Below are positions 57,961 through 64,000 of a stretch of 64,000 bases of DNA, one piece after another. The notes beneath the pieces were generated by a model that ran no database searches, was not told the origin of the DNA, and saw only the letters and a program-made list of their open reading frames with translations. Position 1 is the stretch's first letter; each line of letters opens with the position of its first letter. A program made the translations under genes and the position numbers. This DNA is from Phycisphaeraceae bacterium (lineage in GTDB: Bacteria > Planctomycetota > Phycisphaerae > Phycisphaerales > Phycisphaeraceae), in the NCBI GenBank assembly GCA_963674705.1, contig OY771506.1:4512001-4576000 (forward strand), given 5' to 3'.

Positions 57961-58989
57961 ATGTCCTTAATCGAGGTCGCCAAAATCGCGGGCGTGTCCA
58001 AGTCCACCGTGTCCCGGGTTATCAACGAAATGCCCGGCGTCAGTGATGAGGTTCGCGCGAAGGTTAAAGAAGCTATCGAAGAGGTTGGGTATCAACCCTC
58101 AGCCCGTCGTCGCGGTCCGAAACCCGCTTCAAGACGCGGTATCCGTACCGGCAACATCCTGTTACTTACGCTTGGCATGGCGCCGCAAGATGTCTACCGC
58201 ATGCCGGTATTTCCCAAACTGTTTCACGGCATCGAAACCGCGGTACGTGAAGCGGGGCTGAACCTCGTGCTCGCCAGCTTCTATCCCGATGAGGGTTTAC
58301 CCGCTTCTTTGAACGGCGATCATGTCGATGGTGCGTTACTGATCGATCAGCCGCACATCATTACGCAAACCCTGCAAGATCGCCCGAAAAAGCTTATTTG
58401 TGTCGGTTTAATGCGTGGTTTTGAGCCTGTTGCGGGCCAGATCGATCGCGTGCTGTATAACAATCAGAACGTCGGCGTTTTAGCAGCACGTTACCTCAAG
58501 TCACGCGGCCACGAACACACCGCATACATCAACCTCGACCCCACACACGCCGCTTTCACAAAGCGCCGTGATGTATTCGTGTCCTGTATGTCCGATGATG
58601 GCACGGTGTTAGACCTGACTGAATCCGAGCCGGTGCTTGGCCCTGCCAATCAACCGGCCGCGATCCGTAAAGCGATCGAGCGCATCAAAAAGGCTAAACC
58701 GAAAATCACAGCGATCTTCGCTGCAAGCGATATTGTCGTACCGGGTCTTTACGATGCGATGTCCCAAGCCGGCATACAGCCCGGCAAGGATATCGAGGTC
58801 ATCTCCTGCGATAACGAAGAGCAATTCATCGGCAACCTCTGCCCCCGCCCGACCACCATCGACATCGGCCTGGAAGCCCTCGGCCAGCAGGCGGTACGCC
58901 AGTTGCTCTGGCGTCTAGCCAACAAGGATCAGCCCAGCCGGATGACCGTCATGATTGAGCCTGCCCTCATCCCATCCCGCGATCTCTGA
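57961..58989 (+). CDS. LacI-family regulator with non-canonical linker
   Basis: VAKIAGVSKSTVSRVIN, sensor domain with TAIFAASD, DIEVISCDN, PTTID. Confidence 0.92.
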   Translation: MSLIEVAKIAGVSKSTVSRVINEMPGVSDEVRAKVKEAIEEVGYQPSARRRGPKPASRRGIRTGNILLLTLGMAPQDVYRMPVFPKLFHGIETAVREAGLNLVLASFYPDEGLPASLNGDHVDGALLIDQPHIITQTLQDRPKKLICVGLMRGFEPVAGQIDRVLYNNQNVGVLAARYLKSRGHEHTAYINLDPTHAAFTKRRDVFVSCMSDDGTVLDLTESEPVLGPANQPAAIRKAIERIKKAKPKITAIFAASDIVVPGLYDAMSQAGIQPGKDIEVISCDNEEQFIGNLCPRPTTIDIGLEALGQQAVRQLLWRLANKDQPSRMTVMIEPALIPSRDL

Positions 58990-59117
58990 TCAGGGATGCT
59001 TTCCCGCTTAAAAGCCACACAATGACTAATTACGCCAAATCGTCGATCTCAGGCGACTTTGCGCCCACCTGCTACGATCTGCTCCCCACAACGCATGGCA
59101 CAGCGGATGAGAAATAT

Positions 59118-59168
59118 TTGGGAATTTCATATTTGTTGCATTGACAATTCCCAATTCTCGTTTACGAT
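59118..59168 (+). promoter_or_regulatory. Promoter whose -35 is bracketed by the inverted repeat TTGGGAATT-N19-AATTCCCAA
   Basis: Perfect 9-bp inverted repeat (59118-59126 and 59146-59154), TTGACA 59141, TACGAT 59163, ATG 6 nt later. Confidence 0.75.
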
Positions 59169-59174
59169 TAGCAT

Positions 59175-60203
59175 ATGTCTTCTATTGTTTCCATTGCCAA
59201 AGCGGTGGGCGTATCCAAGTCGACCGTCTCGCGCGTCATCAACGATGTGCCGGGCGTCCGACCCGAAGTCGCCAAGGCGGTCCGCAATCAGATGCAGCAG
59301 ATGGGCTACCGGCCCCCGGCACGCAGGCGGGGCCCCAAACCCGCCTCCCGGCGCGGCATCCGCACCGGCAACATCCTGTTCCTCATGCTCGGTTACAACT
59401 CAACGGAACTCTATCGCGTCCCCGTGTTCCCGAGCTTGTTGCACGGCATGGAAACCGCTGTCCGCGAAGCCGGATTGAACCTTGTCCTGGCCAGCGCCGA
59501 TCCATCGAGTGTGGTGCCGGCTGCCCTTTCCGGAAGCCACGTAGATGGCGTGCTTATCATCGGCCGAGCACGCAGCATGTCCCGTGCGGTCGCCGAACGA
59601 CTTGCATCGATGCCCGTCGTCGTCGTGATGCGCAGGCAACTGGACTTCACCCAGCCCGTTGACAGCGTGCTGTATAACAACGATGCGGTCGGGACGATCG
59701 CGGCGCGTTACCTGATTGACCGTGGACATAAGCATGTTGCTTTTCTGAATGACGCGCCGAGCCATGAAGCATTCATCGTACGCCATAAGTCCTTCGGCGA
59801 ATCGGCTCACAGAGCCGGTGCGAAGGTCACCGAAATCATCAGCGACCACGCTTCCCGCAACCGACCAGATAGCTATTACACGATCCAGTTAGCCAAGCGT
59901 CTTGCGGCCATGAAAGACAGGCCCACCGGCATGTTCATCCCGACGGATGCCATGGCGCCGGACCTGTACATGGAACTACGGCGCTGCGGTATCGAACCAG
60001 GACGCGACATCGACGTCATCTCCTGTGATAACGAACAGCAGTTCCTGAACCAGCTCGATCCACGCCCCGCTTCGATCGATATCAACCTGGAACTTGTCGC
60101 CCGTCGAGGTGTTGAGCAGTTAATCTGGCGCATCGCCAATCCCAACGGTAAAAACTGCCTTTCGATTTATATCGAACCACAAGTGATAAAGCCCGGGGGC
60201 TGA
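59175..60203 (+). CDS. LacI-family regulator, tandem paralogue
   Basis: IAKAVGVSKSTVSRVIN, same linker, RPTGMF, DIDVISCDN, PASID. Confidence 0.92.
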   Translation: MSSIVSIAKAVGVSKSTVSRVINDVPGVRPEVAKAVRNQMQQMGYRPPARRRGPKPASRRGIRTGNILFLMLGYNSTELYRVPVFPSLLHGMETAVREAGLNLVLASADPSSVVPAALSGSHVDGVLIIGRARSMSRAVAERLASMPVVVVMRRQLDFTQPVDSVLYNNDAVGTIAARYLIDRGHKHVAFLNDAPSHEAFIVRHKSFGESAHRAGAKVTEIISDHASRNRPDSYYTIQLAKRLAAMKDRPTGMFIPTDAMAPDLYMELRRCGIEPGRDIDVISCDNEQQFLNQLDPRPASIDINLELVARRGVEQLIWRIANPNGKNCLSIYIEPQVIKPGG

Positions 60204-60267
60204 CGCCAATCAAGTTCTCATTAAAATCACACAAGCCGTTCTTATTCAACATTGGAGGAAAAGGAAT

Positions 60268-62940
60268 ATGGATACGAATAAACGCGTAGCTCTTCGTGGA
60301 GCATCGCTGGCTGCAGCGTTATGCTTGCTGTGCGCCTCGGCCAACACCAACGCTCAGACATGGACCGGCCTGGGCGCGAATGATCTCTGGTCGAACAGCT
60401 CAAACTGGAGCGGCAGCGCCCCCGTGGCATCCAACGCCAGCCCGTTGATCTTCTCAGGATCAAATCAACTCTCAAACACCAACGACATCGTCACCGAACT
60501 CACCGGCGCGACCGCGATCCAGTTCGCCGGCGGCTCCGGTTCGTATGAACTGAACGGCTCAGCGATTACCATCGGCACCGGCGGCAGCGGCTCCAGCACC
60601 CTCGTCGCGATGGACAGCTCCAACGATCAGATCATCAACTTCGACATCACCCTCACCGGCGGACTGCGCGACCGCAAGATCGATGCACTGACAAACCCCA
60701 ACATCGGCGCCCTGATCTTCAATGGCAACATCGACTTCGCCAATGACTGGCTGTTCCCCACAGGTTTCGGCGTTGAGATCCACCTTAACGGTGACAATAC
60801 CGGCGCAGGTAAAACCGATATCACCGCAGGCACCAACGTGTTCCGCGGCGTGATGCGCGTCAACTCAAGCGCCGGAACCGGCTTCCCCGACACATTATTG
60901 TCACTCGGCTCCAGCACCGCGCTCGGCAACGCCAGCACCGGCACCATCGAAGGCGGCGACGCCATCATCACTGGGGTGGTCGCCAACCAGCGTATGGAAA
61001 TCACAACTTCATCCGCAGGCGTTGACCTCTCAGACTACGCCTTCGTCGTCAACACCGGTGGCGCGATCGACTACTTCGCCGAACACGATGCGTCTATCGG
61101 CTACCTCGGCAACAAGAACGGCAACCGAGACTTCAACGTCTCCGGCGACGGCACCGTCACTATCGCACAAGGCATCTTCTACTCAGAAGGCACCAGCGCC
61201 CGGCAGTTCAATATCGACCTGGGTAGCGCCTCCGGTTACGGTGGCGGCGGCGCTGGCGGCATGATCGTCAACGGCAAACTCTACAACACCATCCACAGCG
61301 ATGGCATTACTTCGCAGAAAACCGGGGCCGACGGCTCCACAATGGTCAACGCCACCGCCCGTTTCCAGATGGGTACCGTCACCCTCAACGGCGACAGCAG
61401 CGCCACCTTCGCCGGCGGTGAGGTCCGCGCCAACGCCGCAGGCACCACGATCATCATCGGTCACGACAACGCCATGGGCGACGCGACGTCTTACGTCGAC
61501 ATCGACAGCGGCAGCACGCTCGATCTGAACGGACACACCATCAGCCAGACCTTCCTGGGCATCGATGGCGACGGCGTGGACGGCAACGGCGCAATCATCA
61601 ACAGCAACACGAATAATGCGGCTGCGATCACCACTGACATCGTCAACCGCGGCTCGTTCTCTGTCGGCGGCGCTGGCGACGTCGAATTGCAGAATGTCTA
61701 CCTCGAAAGCTCCGTCGACCGAAACCTCACCAAGTACGGCAACGGCACGCTGACACTGTCCGGTGAAATCACCAACGCACGTTACGGTTTGATCGTCAAC
61801 GACGGCACCGTCCTGCTTAACAAGGGCGGTTTGGCTGAGGCAGTCATCAACAATCCACTGGTGATCAACGGCGGCCTGGTCCGCCTGACAGGTGCTTCGC
61901 CCAACCAGATTCACGACAGCGATCCGATCGAAGTGTACGGCGGAACGCTCGACCTTAACGGCCGAACCGAAACCATCAGCAACGCAACACTCGGCGGCAG
62001 CGGTGCAGCATTGATCAATGATGCGGCCGCAACAACCGTGCAGCTTCTGACAAATACAGGCACGATCACGCTGGCAGGTGATGTCAGCCTCGGTGGTGAC
62101 GGCAACCTCGAACTGCCCGCGCAGATCGGCGACAGCGGCAGCGGTTACGGCCTGACCAAGGTCGGCAACGGCACGCTCAAGCTCTCCGGTTTCAACAGCT
62201 ACAGCGGCACGACCACCGTATCGGCCGGCGAACTGAATGTCTCCGGTGTGGGTTCAACAGGTAGCGGTGATACAACCGTCGCGGCAGGCGCGACCATCTC
62301 CGGCGACAGCCTCGTCCTGGGCAACCTCAACAGCTCAGGCGCCGTCAGCCCCGGCAACAGTGCCGGCACGTTGACCGTCGGCGGCAACGTCGTACTCGAT
62401 AGCACCGCGTCACTCACGATCGAGATCGGCGGCCTGACATCAGGCGCATTCGACCTGCTGGATATCGGTGGCTCAGCTACGCTCGCCGGCTCGCTGGACC
62501 TGTCAATCATCGACAGCTTCTCACCGACCCTCGGCGACACCTTCCAGATCCTCAACGCAACGAGCCTGGGCGGCAGCACCTTCGATAGCGTGACCGGCAC
62601 GGACATCGGCGGCGGCCTGGCGTTGGATGTGATTTACAACGCGACCAGCGTGGTGCTGCAAGTCATCAGCGGCGGCGGCATCCCCGGCGACCTGAACGGT
62701 GACGGCTTCGTCGGCCTCGATGACCTTGACATCATCCTCAGCAACTGGAACCAGAACGTGCCCCCGGCCAATGCACTGGCTGACCCGTCCGGCGACGGTT
62801 TCGTGGGCCTCGATGACCTGGATATCGTGCTGAACAACTGGAACGCCGGCACACCTCCTGCAGCCACTGCAGTACCCGAACCGGCAACCTTGGCGCTACT
62901 TGCCTTGGGTGGATTGGCGATGCTCAAGCGTCGTCGTTGA
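60268..62940 (+). CDS. PEP-CTERM adhesin-like protein with autotransporter-associated beta-strand repeats and dockerin-like module
   Basis: GGAGG RBS, signal peptide, WSNSSNW, LTKYGNGTLTLSG, LTKVGNGTLKLSGFNSYSGTTTVSAG, VSPGNSAGTL, dockerin-like x2, VPEP..KRRR. Confidence 0.92.
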   Translation: MDTNKRVALRGASLAAALCLLCASANTNAQTWTGLGANDLWSNSSNWSGSAPVASNASPLIFSGSNQLSNTNDIVTELTGATAIQFAGGSGSYELNGSAITIGTGGSGSSTLVAMDSSNDQIINFDITLTGGLRDRKIDALTNPNIGALIFNGNIDFANDWLFPTGFGVEIHLNGDNTGAGKTDITAGTNVFRGVMRVNSSAGTGFPDTLLSLGSSTALGNASTGTIEGGDAIITGVVANQRMEITTSSAGVDLSDYAFVVNTGGAIDYFAEHDASIGYLGNKNGNRDFNVSGDGTVTIAQGIFYSEGTSARQFNIDLGSASGYGGGGAGGMIVNGKLYNTIHSDGITSQKTGADGSTMVNATARFQMGTVTLNGDSSATFAGGEVRANAAGTTIIIGHDNAMGDATSYVDIDSGSTLDLNGHTISQTFLGIDGDGVDGNGAIINSNTNNAAAITTDIVNRGSFSVGGAGDVELQNVYLESSVDRNLTKYGNGTLTLSGEITNARYGLIVNDGTVLLNKGGLAEAVINNPLVINGGLVRLTGASPNQIHDSDPIEVYGGTLDLNGRTETISNATLGGSGAALINDAAATTVQLLTNTGTITLAGDVSLGGDGNLELPAQIGDSGSGYGLTKVGNGTLKLSGFNSYSGTTTVSAGELNVSGVGSTGSGDTTVAAGATISGDSLVLGNLNSSGAVSPGNSAGTLTVGGNVVLDSTASLTIEIGGLTSGAFDLLDIGGSATLAGSLDLSIIDSFSPTLGDTFQILNATSLGGSTFDSVTGTDIGGGLALDVIYNATSVVLQVISGGGIPGDLNGDGFVGLDDLDIILSNWNQNVPPANALADPSGDGFVGLDDLDIVLNNWNAGTPPAATAVPEPATLALLALGGLAMLKRRR

Positions 62941-63020
62941 AGTGAATAGGTTGGCGCTTTGATGCGGGTGTAACGGCTCGCACGAAGCTCAAAATCAGAC
63001 TGTGTGGTCAAGCACTGAAA

Positions 63021-63054
63021 CCGGACGTCGTTCCCACGGCGTCCGGCTTTTTTT
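63021..63054 (+). terminator. Intrinsic terminator
   Basis: CCGGACGTCG-loop-CGGCGTCCGG followed by a T-run. Confidence 0.75.
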
Positions 63055-63086
63055 GTTGCAGAAACCACCGAAGCAGCACAAAATGA

Positions 63087-63139
63087 TTGGGAAATAATCC
63101 GGTAGTTTCGTTGATTATTCCCCAATTCTCTGGTAAACT
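63087..63139 (+). promoter_or_regulatory. Promoter/operator upstream of the last gene
   Basis: TTGGGAAAT (63087) ... TTCCCCAATTCTC, TTGATT (63111)-N17-TAAACT; resembles 59118-59160. Confidence 0.6.
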
Positions 63140-63222
63140 CACCCTCTGGCTGTTCGCCACGACCGTTGTCGGTTATGTATAGCTCGAACAGCCCGCCTCG
63201 TTCACTTGGCTGGAGCGGATCC

Positions 63223-64000
63223 ATGCGAAACCTCATCGCGGTCCTGTTTATATTAGCCCTGGTCGGCACCTGCCTCGCTGCATCGACCACACCGCTCGAT
63301 CGCATCGACTTCGGCGACCGGACATCCGAATCGCAACACAACCTCTCAGCAAATCACAGCCAAGTCGTACAAGGCGCGCTTGGTCAACCGGCCAGGCAAC
63401 TTACGCCGATGAACTCCCCGACATGGGTTGGCGGGCATGTCGCATTCGACATGAAAGTCGACCCGGATCAACAGAATTATGTCACAGCCCGTTTCTGGGG
63501 TGGCGACGCCGGGCAAGACCGCGGCCGACTGGTTCTTTATATAGATGGTAAACAGGTCGGCCAGCGGCACCTCGGCGAAGTGGACATTCTCGACATCCTC
63601 AACGACAAACCAAGATTCCCCGGCCGATTCTTCTACAAAACGCTGCCCCTGCCCGTAAACATGACGCGTGGCAAAAACTCTGTCCAACTCAAGATCGAAG
63701 CGATCGGTCACATCTGGGTCTATGGCGACACGTGGGATCGCTTCCAATACCCGCTCGAACAGAACTCGCGCAGCCTCTACTCGCTTTACACACATACCGA
63801 TCCGTTCTTCACACCACCTGCCGATCAGCCGCAAGGCAATGCGCCCGCAAGCGATGCCAAGCGCCCAGCCCCCGGCCCTGAAGTGCTTGAAGCCGTCAAA
63901 GAACGCATCAATAGTGAGATCGCCAGCCAAATGCGCTACGACGACGAGATGCGCCAGGTCTTCATCCAGTTCATGGCTAACGCATACCTCACGCCTTGGA
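63223..64000 (+). CDS. Secreted protein homologous to the N-terminus of 55058-57649 (3'-partial; absent from the ORF track)
   Basis: GGAG RBS; MRNLIAVLFILALVGTCLA signal; SESQH..GALGQPAR..FDMKVD..QNYVTARFWGG..GRFFYKTLPLP..TRGK; open to the window end. Confidence 0.85.
   Translation, partial: MRNLIAVLFILALVGTCLAASTTPLDRIDFGDRTSESQHNLSANHSQVVQGALGQPARQLTPMNSPTWVGGHVAFDMKVDPDQQNYVTARFWGGDAGQDRGRLVLYIDGKQVGQRHLGEVDILDILNDKPRFPGRFFYKTLPLPVNMTRGKNSVQLKIEAIGHIWVYGDTWDRFQYPLEQNSRSLYSLYTHTDPFFTPPADQPQGNAPASDAKRPAPGPEVLEAVKERINSEIASQMRYDDEMRQVFIQFMANAYLTPW

Noticed and set aside
4213..63930. Numerous 60-300 aa antisense or overlapping ORFs (e.g. 19515-20420, 23523-24299, 44305-45186, 63346-63930)
   Set aside because: Shadow ORFs opposite well-supported genes in GC-rich DNA, with no recognisable motifs.

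Overview
GC-rich bacterial DNA. The gene content points to Planctomycetota, probably Phycisphaerae (inference from four DUF1559-like prepilin genes, seven PEP-CTERM genes and a sulfatase). From left to right the window holds: (1) a pentapeptide-repeat gene and two intergenic tracts packed with short palindromes; (2) a tandem pair of pilin-like genes and a dockerin-like/PEP-CTERM gene; (3) a ~15.6 kb seven-gene MoxR/DUF58/BatA/vWA/TPR operon, headed by a protein whose aspartic-protease and thioredoxin motifs both look inactivated; (4) sdaA; (5) a minus-strand glycan-use region (22-43 kb) with PEP-CTERM genes, GlmA-like acetyltransferase, GH20, SSS transporter, oxidoreductases, pilin, lyase-like gene, XylR, GntR, and a decaying SSS/ribokinase/DHDPS/AraC unit; (6) a sulfatase; (7) a plus-strand glycan locus (46.7-64 kb) with a GH43-dehydrogenase fusion, pilin, SSS, PEP-CTERM genes and two LacI paralogues. 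Those LacI proteins have a non-canonical basic linker, and a matching TTGGGAA motif recurs at five promoters. I recognised no rRNA, tRNA, CRISPR array, transposase or integrase. All family calls are by-eye motif recognition, not database results.
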